From Octopus vulgaris (taxonomy: Eukaryota), in NCBI GenBank assembly GCA_951406725.2, contig OX597819.1, positions 52,948,001 to 53,012,000 on the forward strand: a DNA stretch of 64,000 bases, given 5' to 3'. Of the stretch, positions 12,667 through 24,630 are shown piece after piece. The stretch's first letter is position 1, and each line of letters starts with the position of its first letter. Below the pieces are notes generated by a model. The model was not told the DNA's origin and did no database searches. It saw nothing but the letters and a program-made list of their open reading frames with translations. Position numbers and translations under genes: made by a program.

Positions 12667-12853
12667 GCAGGCTTCCTTCAGTTTCCATCTGCCAAAGCCA
12701 CTCAGAAGGCATTGGTCAACCCAGGGCTAGAGTATGAAGAGTCACTTACCCTAGGTGACACACAGTGGGACTGAACCACCTTAAAGAGATTAGTTGAACA
12801 AATCAATCTCACAGTAGAGATGCAAGCTTCTTAACCACTTAGCCACACCTGCA
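12667..12853 (-). mobile_element. SINE family A 5' half
   Basis: ggcttccttcagtttccatc...cagtgggactgaacc...agccacacctgcacc. Confidence 0.75.
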
Positions 12854-13119
12854 CCAATTGGTACATCAATAGACAAAATTAGTCAGAAAAGCCTGATTCT
12901 GCTCAGCTATATCTGTATGTTTGCTTTGCATGAGCTGACAACTTTTCACTTAAGTTGTTTATTTGATATTCTCATTTATTTTTATCCTTTTACTTTAACT
13001 CCTATCTTTGAATTAGAACACATTCATCATTTTATATCATTATATCATTTCACTTAAATATATGTCTTTGAATTAGAACATATATTTATATCCACATTCA
13101 AAATTAGTGAGATTATATT

Positions 13120-13175
<56 letters not shown>

Positions 13176-13521
13176 TTGTTTTTAAGTAGTTCTTCTCTGT
13201 ACTTTATATTTCAACTACAGTTATATTTTTGATTTTTTTTTTTTCATTTATATTAATTATTGTATTTTCGTTTTCTTAGATATCAATTCTCTTTAGTTTG
13301 CTAGATTCATATATAAATCTCTTTGACAATTTCTTTATGCTGTTACGTCTTATATTCTTTTTCTTTCTTTTTTCCTCTCCATATTTAATAAAATGTAATG
13401 TTTCTTTTGAACATATCATTTTGTCCAAAGCACTATATTTTCCAATTTCAGTTGGGTTTTTTTTTTTTAATCCATATAGCATTTTACACAAGTTAGTTTA
13501 TTTAGGACCAATAATATATAT

Positions 13522-13913
13522 ATCATCATCATCATCATCATTTTAACATCCACTTTTCCATGCCAGCATGAGCCAAGATAAATTGTTGAGAAAGATTGTC
13601 TATGCCCAGATGCTGTTTCTGTTGCTAACCCTCTCATGTTTCCAAGCAAGGTAATATTTTCCCATGACGAGATATATTTTTACTGAAGATTGAAAACAAA
13701 TGATATTGCTTGTATAATGATGACATTCATTTACACCTATCATGCAATGTCAAGACAAGGAGGTTTCTTTCAGTTTCCACCTACCAAAACCACTCACAAG
13801 GCTTTGGTCAGCCAAGGGCTTATAGTAGAAGACACTTGTCCAATGTGCCACACAGTGGAACTGAACCTGAAACCACATGGTCAGGAAATGAACTTCTTAA
13901 CCACACAGCCATG
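13522..13913 (-). mobile_element. RTE-tail element followed by SINE family A 5' half
   Basis: (CAT)n ttttaacatccacttttccatgccagcatg at 13522-13570. SINE A segment tttcagtttccacctacc...accacacagccatg at 13765-13913. Confidence 0.7.
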
Positions 13914-14459
13914 TCTGAGCTTACACACATACATACACAAACATTCCAGTTTTATTTACATTTGTGAACCCTACCCGATTTCCCTTTCTTTATGTTCCAT
14001 CTTGAAATGAGTGAAGAATAGGCTTACCACACATCTTACCTTTACTCATGTTTATAAGGTCTAGACTTTTATAGTAACCACTTTAAACAATGGGGGACAT
14101 TGTTTTCCTTATGGGCATATATGGAGTGTTCAACAATAGACTAGGAGAGATAAGAATAATCTACAAATATCAACCACTTGAAAATATTGAAGTCAAAGTT
14201 TCCTTATTTTCTTTCACTTGAAATACAGCTGTAGACCGACCTTACACCGATTCTTCTATAATTACAAGGGTACAAAATAACAGAAATAAAACAAAATAAG
14301 GAAAAATTCAAATTCAAGGAGAGTTCCTAACCACACAACTGTGGCTGTGCATACACACAAATGTACTTGCATAGGTTATACAGGTTGGGAAATTTATATA
14401 CTTGCTAAATTTCCATTTTGTTACACTGTCATATACATGAGAATATCAGCAAGTGGCAG

Positions 14460-14647
14460 ATACTGGTGTCATGTAGAAGCACCCATTACACTCTCGGAGT
14501 GGTTGATGTTAGGAAGGGCATCCAGCCATAGAAAACCATTCCAAATGAGATTGGAGAGTGGCGCAGCCTTCCAGCATGCCAGCCCAGTCAAACCATCCAA
14601 CCCATGCCAGCATGGACAGCAGATGTTAAATCGTGATGATGATGATG
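14460..14647 (+). mobile_element. RTE-LINE 3' UTR/tail
   Basis: ttaggaagggcatccagccatagaaacc...ccaacccatgccagcatggacagcagatgttaaatcgtgatgatgatgat. Confidence 0.8.
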
Positions 14648-14884
14648 TATTAAATGAAACCAAAATAACAATTTCTTTCCAAACACTCTCATGGATTATT
14701 GATACCTGCTTCATTGACATCCAAAATGGGTAAAAGCCACATTTCACCTTTACTTCAACTGAGCACCCATTTAAATTTAGATGCTATGCTTGGTAAGCTG
14801 TGATTACCTATGCTCAAAAGCATTCAAGCTTTAACCATTCCATCTTAATTTGAGATATAGTGCACTAGAGACCATATTCTATAA

Positions 14885-15069
14885 CAGTACTCTGAACCTT
14901 TTTTCACTTGCGGTACACTTATATTCTTTAAAAAAATTTGGCAGCATACCTCAACTACAAATATAACTAAAAGTATAAGGAAAAAATTATATTCAGGTTA
15001 CACTGCAGCACACCTAGCATCATCTCATGACACACCAGTGTGCCGTGGCATATCGGCTGTAGAGCACTG
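14885..15069. mobile_element. hAT (Charlie-like) MITE
   Basis: Termini CAGT.../...CACTG, internal gcggtacac / gtgtgccgtggca, and 8-bp flanks ttctataa (14877-14884) vs ttctatgt (15070-15077), consistent with a decayed hAT TSD. Confidence 0.6.
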
Positions 15070-15519
15070 TTCTATGTCTTTTTTTTTTTTGTTTTTTGCT
15101 TAACAGGATGGGGTAGTGACCTGTAGCTAGGCTGTTGCACTCATAATCATAAGATTACCGTTTCAATTCCCAAAGTAAGTGGTGCATTTTGATCCGGAGC
15201 AAAACCCTTAATTTCATACTGTTCCCATCAACTTGGTTGTAATTGAGTTACCCTGCGACTGACTGGTATCCCATTCAGGAAGTAGCATTCAGATTGCAAT
15301 CACTTATACACCAATGGAAACTGGTTAACTAGTCCTATGAATCCTAGGGTTAAAGACAGTAATGCTAGGTGTTGATGATGATGTAGTGGCTTGTGGGAGA
15401 CTTGGCTGCAATTTCTAATTGGTGGAGTGACCATACAAGGGCTCTTTCGTAGGTTCAGTTAAAATTTAGTTATAAGCATCACTTATGAGTGACTGGGAAA
15501 TATGTATGAAACCCTAAAA

Positions 15520-15566
15520 ATTAAATTCCTCAGAAGCAATTTCACATTAAATTCCTCAGAAGCAAT
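15520..15566. repeat. 21-bp perfect direct repeat with 5-nt spacer
   Basis: attaaattcctcagaagcaat-ttcac-attaaattcctcagaagcaat. Confidence 0.9.
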
Positions 15567-17079
15567 CTCTCTTGTCATTTAATTTCTTTTAAAAATAGAA
15601 AAGTATGATTCAGCAAAACTGAGAGGATTATACTTAAATTCTTCTTATTCATTTATCTCCTCATACTTACCATGTATTTTACAGCTACAGAATTAACAAC
15701 ATCAACAATAATGGTTTTCGCCTGCCACCCTGCTACCTCACTGTTGCAATTATTCAAAAATTAAATGATGAAAATCGAGAATCATCCAAGCAACAAAAAT
15801 GAAAAAAAACCTGATGAACACATAAGAGCATGTACACACACACACAGAGGAGCCATTGCGTAAACAAAGTGGATATGTAGTAAAATTGAGACAGCATATC
15901 ATTAAAAAAGACGAGAAAAAAAAAAGTCAAAATCACTCTTGAAATGTTTTCTAAATGTGGAGTTGAGAAGTAGAAGCTATTCTGAGTGCAATTAAAGACA
16001 AAACTGCAAGCAAGCATATTGATTGTTTTGATGAAAGCTGAGGGGAGAAGAAAACATACTTATATTATCTTGAGATTAAACACATACATACATATGCACA
16101 CATATGTAGATATGTGTGAATATACAGATTGTGTGTGTGTGTGTGTGAGGGAGAGAGCAAGGAAAGAAAGAAAAACTTCTCGAAGCTATGACACTTCTCT
16201 TGCAATTATAAATCATATGCAAAATATTTTCTAATATCATTGCAGCTACTAATACTAATAAAAACATTTTATGACACAACAAATATATCATTGTTAGCTA
16301 CACATTAACACTAACTTAACAATTGGTTTCATTTTTTTAACTAGCAGCTTTGAGGAATTTATTCTCTAAACAAATCATAGCTTTCTACACACAACCAGTG
16401 TACATTCTTGTACATCTACTTAGCGGTTCTCTCATCATTACTACTTTCAGATGGTTGTACAATGAAATAATCTATGTTAATGAGGTTATAATACAACAAA
16501 AATATGTCCAGGTTTCTCTTTCCTATTTGACAATATAATTAAAATGATATTAAACAATAACTAACATTGGTTTTCATCAGAGATTAATTATTTCTAGTTA
16601 ATATATTTAATGCTACCAGCATTAAATATGTTAATATTAACTTAGCTACAAATAAGACATATATTTATATGATATACTTGCAGCTGTTATATACTATGGA
16701 CATTTTCTAAAGTGTGTAAACTTTTACAGTCTCAGTGGGTGTGCGGATGGGTGGGTGAGATAGACAGACAGACAGACAAACAAATAGATAGACAGATAGA
16801 TATATAGACAAACAGATATGATATTAAAATTATATGCTTGTGTATGATGATACCATTGAAGTATCAATGGTATCATCATACAAAAAAGAGGGCATAATGA
16901 TAATGACAGCAGGGCCACAAACCAATACCTGAAACCTACAAAACTTATTTTATTCCACCTACTAGTATTATACATATTTTCCCTTGTGAGAATAAGAGAA
17001 GGGATTTTTTTAAAAGAATTTGGACACTGTTGGAGAGGCCTATTTTGGTCATTAGAAACCATTTCCATTACTATCCTCA

Positions 17080-17290
17080 AGTGGTTAGGCTGTTGCACTC
17101 ATGAACACATTGTGTTTTTGAGCAAAACACTTCACTTCATGTTGCTCCAGTCCTCTTTTCAATCAGGGAGGGAATATTGGCCTGCTGACCTAGCCAACAA
17201 GGTGGCATCATTCGAAGGCTAAAAAACAGTGCAAAATGCATTGTGACCAGCAATGTGTAACAGCATCTGATAGTCTGGTTGGTCACTCGA
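17080..17290 (+). mobile_element. SINE family C, degenerate
   Basis: agtggttaggctgttgcactc...ggtggcatcattcgaaggctaaaaa...cattgtgaccagcaatgtgtaacagcatctgatagtctgg matches the 24324 copy. Confidence 0.7.
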
Positions 17291-17670
17291 AATTTATTGC
17301 CTCCTAACCCCAGTCAGATTTGATCAAATGAACTAATGATCAAAGATTCTATAACATTAAGCATGTAAGAGGCAAATTTTCTTCCTGAACTGAGAACTAA
17401 ACTATCATTGCATAATTAATTCTCAGATAGCCCATCTGTATAAGTCCCATTGTAGAATTCCCAGATAGCTTATGCCAGACACTTAGATGAACTGACACAT
17501 ATAAAGTTAAAATATATATACTTTGTAATATGAAATGAAATATGAAGTTTAAGATGATCACATAACACCTTAGCTGCTTCAATTTCCTTTTGTTTTCATT
17601 AGAAAAGAATTGTTAAAAAGCAAACCAACATGATAATCATCATCATTACCAATAGCAGCAGGGTTAATAA

Positions 17671-17889
17671 TTAACCCTTTTGTTACCAGCCTGGCTGAAA
17701 CCAGCTCTGGCTCTGAGTACAAATGTCTTGTTTTCATAAGTTTTTAATTAAAATCTCCCACTAAACCTTAGTCACAATTTATGTTCCCATCAATGATAAC
17801 TGTTATTTTACTAATTTCTTTGTTATAATATAAAGTAATTGAAAGAAACACAGAGCATCTCAAAATAAATACAGTAATGAAAGGGTTAA
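17671..17889 (+). mobile_element. piggyBac-type MITE (TTAA TSD, CCCTTT/AAAGGG termini)
   Basis: TTAA-CCCTTTTGTTACC ... GTAATGAAAGGG-TTAA, closely similar to the copy at 37857-38084. Confidence 0.85.
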
Positions 17890-18109
17890 GACTGCATTAT
17901 TAAGCTGGATTATTAGGGGTCAGTTTCATAAACATTCAACCAAGTTCCTTCTATTCTACAGCATAGGTGAACTTCACCAAAACAGAATGGCAGATATTTA
18001 AAACTCCGCTTTCTCTCTCTTCAAAACCACTTCAATGATTTCCATGAAAATAAATAAAATATATAATAAAACAAAATTACAAAGCTGAAATGATTTTCCA
18101 TTTTACCCA

Positions 18110-18526
18110 TACTCTTTTACTCTTTTACTTGTTTCAGTCATTTAACTGCGGCCATGCTGGAGCATCACCTTTTAATCGAGCAACTCGACCCCAGGACTTA
18201 TTCTTTTGTAAGCCCAGTACTTATTCTATTGGTCTCTTTTGCCAAACCGCTAAGTAACAGGGACATAAACACACCAGCATCGGTTGTCAAGCAATGCTAG
18301 GGGGACAAACACAGACACACAAACACACATATATACATATATATATATATACATACATATATATGATAGGCTTCTTTCAGTTTCCATCTACCAAATCCAC
18401 TCACAAGGCTTTGGTCGGCCCGAGGCTATAGTAGAAGACACTTGCCCAAGGTACCACGCAGTGGGACTGAACCCGGAACCGTGTGGTTGGTAAACAAGCT
18501 ACTTACCACACAGGCACTCCTGCACC
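18110..18526 (-). mobile_element. SINE family A, young full-length copy
   Basis: Complete consensus from the (actctttt) tail to the head caggcactcctgcacc. The B box appears as gggactgaaccc on the plus strand and many CpGs are intact. Confidence 0.92.
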
Positions 18527-19194
18527 TATTAATCTTAATTAGTATCTAATAATTTTGATCCCTTAAATTCTCTTTCCATAATTACTACAAATATAGTTGC
18601 TAGCCAAATTCTAACACAACAGCCTCACTTTTTTGTAAACAAGATTGCCATGATCTTTATCATCATCATCATCACTGTCATCTTCAATTTGTCCTCATTG
18701 CCACTATCCAGTATTATATCTTGGTTCTTAATATCTCTTTTGACTGTGGGAGCTATCTATGAAAGGCCTCTTCTTCGACCAGCATATTCATCAACATCAA
18801 CAACATCATCATCATCATCATTAGCATCACCACAACCACCTTGTCATGGCTTTCCTGAAGACTATTAAACAAAGTGTATCTGGAATTGGATACACCTGCA
18901 AGTTCATTGCAGACAATCAAGAAGAGCCAAGTGTGTGCACTAGTGCTAACTTTCACACATGCAACCAGCCACACAGCAAGTACTATGACGACCACCACCA
19001 CCAATTTACAACCAATACAAAGTGATTTATTATAGTTCTGACACTGTGCAATCACCTCCTATCCAGATATTCGCAGCAATTTTTTTTTCTTCTTTTCTCC
19101 CTTTACTACATCGATGAAGTAGCCTTTTGGGAGCATCACAACTAAAGGAAATTTATCTTCTGCACCAGTATCACTGCTCTACTCTCTCTATATA

Positions 19195-19222
19195 TTATCA
19201 TCATCATCATTATTATTATTAT

Positions 19223-19269
<47 letters not shown>

Positions 19270-19275
19270 ATTGTT

Positions 19276-19332
<57 letters not shown>
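19195..19332. repeat. (ATC)/(ATT)/(TAG)n compound trinucleotide repeat
   Basis: Direct inspection. It gives the poly-Leu ORF. Confidence 0.95.
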
Positions 19333-19789
19333 TTTTAGTAGTCACTTTACAAGAATGAAGAAAAAGACCAATGAAATATATGGAACTAATGCCAACAAGA
19401 GGCTAGAAAGTGTAAATAGATAACATAAATACAGAGAACAGCAAATGGTCACCAGAGACCAAATGAGGCAGATTGGAGTTGTGTATGTATATATGTGTGT
19501 CAACACACATAAATACACATCTATGCAGACACATACATCATGCACAGAAAGTGACTGCAGCATAGACAGAAAATTTACCCAAATTGAATACTTGAAAAAA
19601 AATAAAAAATAAAATAAAAACAAAATATTATAAAAAAAAAAGATAGAACCCATCTATATAAGTTTAATCAGGTGTAACTGATTTAAAACAGTATGTGTAT
19701 ATGAGTGTATAATCAACATTGTTATAGCCCAACTAGTATTCCATCCAGGCTGTGTAAATGCACATTATTATATTTTTATACTTACACAC

Positions 19790-20291
19790 AAACATGTATG
19801 TATGCATGTACACATGCACAGCACACACACACACAAACAAATATATGTATATGCACAATTCAAACACACAAAATCTATCTCTTTCCTCTTCTTCTCTCTC
19901 TCTCTCTCTCTCTATGTATATATATACATACAGACATACAGAGATATATAGATACATACATACATACATAACACATATAGTTATAGTATACATGTGTGTG
20001 TGTGTACATATTACATGTGTGTATGCATAAAACACATAGTAGAAGCATACAGAAAGTATACATACAAACACGCATGCACACAAAAATACATATACACACA
20101 CATATGTACATACATATAGGCACAAAATATATATAAACACACATGCACACACAAAAATACACACACACACATATACACAAAGAATATACAAATACACATA
20201 TGCACAGAAAAACATACACACACATGCTATACATACACATATATGCACACACATATATCTATGTGTGTATGTATATATGTATGTGTGTCTG

Positions 20292-20334
<43 letters not shown>

Positions 20335-20457
20335 ATATATATATATATATATGCACACACACACATGTGTGTATGTATATGTATATATATATATACACAT
20401 GTGTGTTTGTATATGTATATATATATATATATATACATGTGTATATGCATGTATGTG

Positions 20458-20505
<48 letters not shown>
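19790..20505. repeat. Long CA/TA/TG low-complexity tract
   Basis: Direct inspection. Confidence 0.95.
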
Positions 20506-20506
<1 letters not shown>

Positions 20507-21188
20507 ACTCTAGGAGATAAGTGTTTTCAAGTAAGCATCACATAATCACCATTGCACAGTGGAGTTGGAGGTGAGTGTGTGTGTGTGTGTTGAAAGAGAG
20601 GGGGTGTTGTTGGTGGATGTGAAAGTATGATGATGCATCAGAGATGCTGCTACATCATAGCACTGAACTGAAAGCAGAGCACGACTAACAACAGTCTACA
20701 TCAGGATCAGGCAACTGTTAGATCTAACATTTGCTTTGACCGGCACACTTCAAAGAGACTCGAGCTGCTATAAAATAGATATGCAATATGACCGACAACT
20801 TCACAACCACCTCCGCCTCCACACCCACTAACCATACACATGCATGCACGCTCACTCTCACATTCTTATAGATAGATAGATACATTTAACATAGACTACT
20901 GCCAATATCCATCACCATCACCACTGCTATCAGCATTTGCGTAACAAGCTAGCATTTGATGTTCTACACCAACTACAACAACAATACTATGATGATGATG
21001 ACGATGATGATGATGATAATGATGATGGTGAGGGATGGAGGTTGTGGTGGGAGTACATAAGAATAAAAACAACAAATATAAGGCTAGTATATATATAATA
21101 GTAATAACAGTAATAATATTGATAATACAAATATATTTACATATACATATATATATGTGTGTGTGTATATGTGTGTATGTGTTTTTTG

Positions 21189-21242
<54 letters not shown>

Positions 21243-21644
21243 GACACACTCACACATGTATGTACACTTTGTGTGCATGAATATATGTATGTGTATGATA
21301 TAAGAAGTGATCTGTATGAGACCATTTATGACATGTCTTATGAGAAGAAGCAGCTCCAACAGTGTAGAACAAATGTCAGAGTTCAGAAAGAAAGGTACAT
21401 GTAAGTTTAGGTTTGGGGGAAGGGACAGGAGGAGTGCGGTCTGTCAATGAATTATATAAAAAAATGGTGATGTAACAACATTTTAAAGAATGATGGGTGG
21501 AATATTCTTCAAAGACAACATGGGGGTTGAGGTGGAGAGCTGGTGGTGGTAATGTTCTGAAGAGAGGACATGTCAGTTTTTTTTTGTGATATCTGTAAAA
21601 ATAAGAAATGAAAGACACAGAGAGAGGGAGGAAGGGAGGGAGAG

Positions 21645-21664
21645 AAAGAGAGAGAGAGAGAGAC

Positions 21665-21727
<63 letters not shown>

Positions 21728-22045
21728 GGAAAGAGGTTGAGACATACTGACAGGCTGATAAATAGGAAGTCAGTCAGACAGGTAGACAGATAGTCAGGCA
21801 GATGGTTAAAAAAAATCAGTTACTAAGCAGTGTAGAGACTAAGAAACAGAAAGACAAATAGGCAAGCAGACAAGTAGACAGACAAACAAGTAGAGGGACA
21901 GTCAGACAAGTAGACAGACAGGTAAGTAGACAGACAGACAGGTAAGTGGACAGACAGGCATGTAGAAAGCTGGAGACAGAGAAGTAGAAGTCAGTCAACA
22001 AACAGACATGTAGAAATAGAAATAGCCAGTCAGACAGGCCAGTAG
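21645..22045. repeat. (GA)n + (AGAC)n tetranucleotide repeat with decayed extension
   Basis: Perfect AGAC array at ~21667-21728, with degenerate agac/aggt units to ~22045. Confidence 0.9.
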
Positions 22046-24323
22046 ATAAATATATATGGTGAGGTTGTACAGAGAAAGAAAATTAGAGTGAATAAAGAAA
22101 ATAATCGGAGAGGATGAAGGGGAAAATAGCAAAAACAAGGTGAGAGAGAAATGGATATGGAGTGGGGGTAGCACAGTTAAAAAACAGAGAAAGTGGGAAA
22201 ATTTAAGAGGGAATTCTTATTGAGTTGGACAAACAAATGGAGAGAGAGAGAGAGAGAGAGAGTGATGAAGTGTGAGAGGAACAGAAGCGGTATATCAAAG
22301 GGGACAGAGTATGAGAGGGGGCTGTATTGGATATGAATAAATAATAGTATCCAGATTGCTAGAGGTGGGGGTGGATTTTGTGCATGGGAGTGTGGGCGAA
22401 GATGAATAGGGAGTTAGTGTCGTGGATGGTGGGAAAGAGGGTAGGTAATTCAGTTGACCATGCCACAACCCACTGCAATGCAATTATCCATATTTCATTG
22501 GCTAGCTGACAGTAAGACAAGCAGGAATCAACAGTTTGCTTATTTTTTATTTATATTATCCCCCTCCCCCCAGCCTGCTGCCACCCCCACTACCACTGCT
22601 GCCACCACTTCCATTCACCATGGATTCCCAGCCATAAAAGAGACTTACAATCCAATACATAAATCTCAAAGGAGTTTCAATTCCAAGTAACAAGAGACAG
22701 TTATATATTTCTAGCAGGTGGAGAGGTGTATAGAAGTCGATCATTTGTGTGCATGTATGTATGTATGCATGTATGCGTGCATGCATGCACACATGCATAA
22801 GTGAGAGTGTGTGAGTTGCATTAAAAAAAACATAACCAGAAAAGCAGAGAATAGGGGGTGCAGTGTAAGCATAAGTGAAGGTTTGTTGTTTAGATCCAGG
22901 TCAGCCTTGATCAAGCAGACATATGATCAAAGGCTTGCGACCATCCTATCTTCTTTTTCTTTTTGCTTTCTTCCCCTTTTCTTCTCTTTTCCTAGAAATA
23001 AAGTATCTAGGACTACATTATCGAATACGCCCTTCTTTTGTTTTCAGGAGAAATGTTCAAAGGAAGACTTTTTTTCATACTGACCAAATGAAATGGACTC
23101 CACTGATAAAAATGGCTATATTGGACTTGCCACAGCTTGGGGGAAAACTACCACAGCAAGCAACTGTCTCTGTTCGATTTGCAACAACAGTCATCTGGAC
23201 CTTGGTCAATTTGCCATAAGAGAAAACTGAGTGAAATGCCACCATTGCTAACTGGTTCAGAGTGGATTATTTTAAGTAACTTCATTGGGTTTACAATAGC
23301 TTGTTTTCCCCAGAAATAGATTTAACTCGCATGAAATTAACAGCATGAATTAATGAACTTGGTGAAGATCTGTGGTGGAGGAAGAAGAGTTGCAGGTGAA
23401 ATAGTAATAAAGTCTTGAAACAAGCAACAGTTGTGAAATGGTCAGAGGTGAAGATGGAAATTAGTGAACAAATTAAAAATCTGTATGGTGGTTGTAATTA
23501 ATAAAAGGAATGTGGAGTAAACTGTAATGATAGTGAACTGGTAGGTCTATCCTGATTAAAAATTTAACTCAAATGGAATATGTAAGTCATGTAATGAATT
23601 AATATCTGTCACCTCATCTATGGAGGTAAAATGGTCGTGTGAATAAGCTTCTTAGTAACTACTCATTATTCTACCAAACTCAAACACTTGCATCATGCAG
23701 AAAGTACTTTTATTGTATCACGGGTACACAGCTAGAGAATTAATACTGGGTCTTGATACAGAAGAATTTAAATGTGAATAGAATTCACTGGTTACAGTGT
23801 AGCAAGCTTCATGATGGGGGGCTTCCTTAAGAAATTACTATTTTGGACAGTACCCAAGAAAATCAGTAACTACCACTGTTTAAATGAGTGTCAGGAAATG
23901 CAAAGGAGAACCATAATGAAAGATTATCTCTTAAGAATTATTCAGATAAGAGGACATCAAAACAAGTCTACAGAAATAATTGTACACTTTATATGAAAGA
24001 CTTAATGGAATTAAACAATGTAAAGAGTATGACATTTAGAAACTGCATTATTTTAAATCTTATATGGCTTTGAAAAAAAAGTGGTTGGATAATCTATTGG
24101 TTATATAAGACTTCAAGAACAATCTAAACCTATACTCAAGATTGGTATTTCAAAACTTCTTGAAAACAAAACAGAATGAACATGGAAACAGTTAATACAG
24201 CATTTCTAAATCCATTAAAAATATTAAAGACATACATATTTAAACCCCAAATTATATATCTATCATCATCATTTAATGTTCATGTTCCATGCTTGCATAT
24301 GTTGGACAGCCTTATATATATAT

Positions 24324-24630
24324 GGAGGTGCAATGGCCCAGTGGTTAGGGCAGCAGACTCACGGTCGTAGGATCATGGTTTCAATTCCCAGACCAGGCGT
24401 TGTGAGTGTTTATTGAGCGAAAACACCTAAAGCTCCACGAGGCTCCGGCAGGAAGGGTGGGGGGTCCCTGCTGTACTTTTTCGCTGCAAATTTCTCTCAC
24501 TCTTTCTTCTGTTGGCCTGCTTGCTTAACCAGCGGGGTGACGTAATTCGAAGGCTAAAAAAATGCGAAGCACATTGTGACCAGGAATGTGTAGCAACATT
24601 TGATAGCCTGGTCGGTCACGTGATCACATG
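24324..24630 (+). mobile_element. Octopus tRNA-derived SINE family C, near full length
   Basis: A box tggcccagtgg, B box ggtttcaattccc, tail ggtcacgtgatcacatg. It sits in an AT run next to an RTE tail at 24262-24310. Confidence 0.85.

Noticed and set aside
13004-13081. Two copies of tctttgaattagaaca 60 bp apart (CRISPR-like spacing)
   Set aside because: Only two 16-bp units in eukaryotic DNA with no cas genes; an old local tandem duplication.
19733-20545. 221-aa and overlapping ORFs rich in Y/I/C/V/H/T
   Set aside because: They are translations of TA/CA/TG microsatellites. The same applies to the ORFs at 5.9-6.4, 21.0-21.4, 38.9 and 59.2-60.3 kb.
22923-23319. Acceptor-like ttttcag at ~23047 with a 55-codon frame
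   Set aside because: The pyrimidine tract belongs to a dispersed repeat (gatcaagcagac...gactacattatc), the peptide is unrecognisable and the frame ends in a stop without a donor.
24324-24400. tRNA gene-like A/B boxes (also in other SINE heads)
   Set aside because: These are the tRNA-derived heads of SINEs. There is no closed acceptor stem and they continue into the SINE body.
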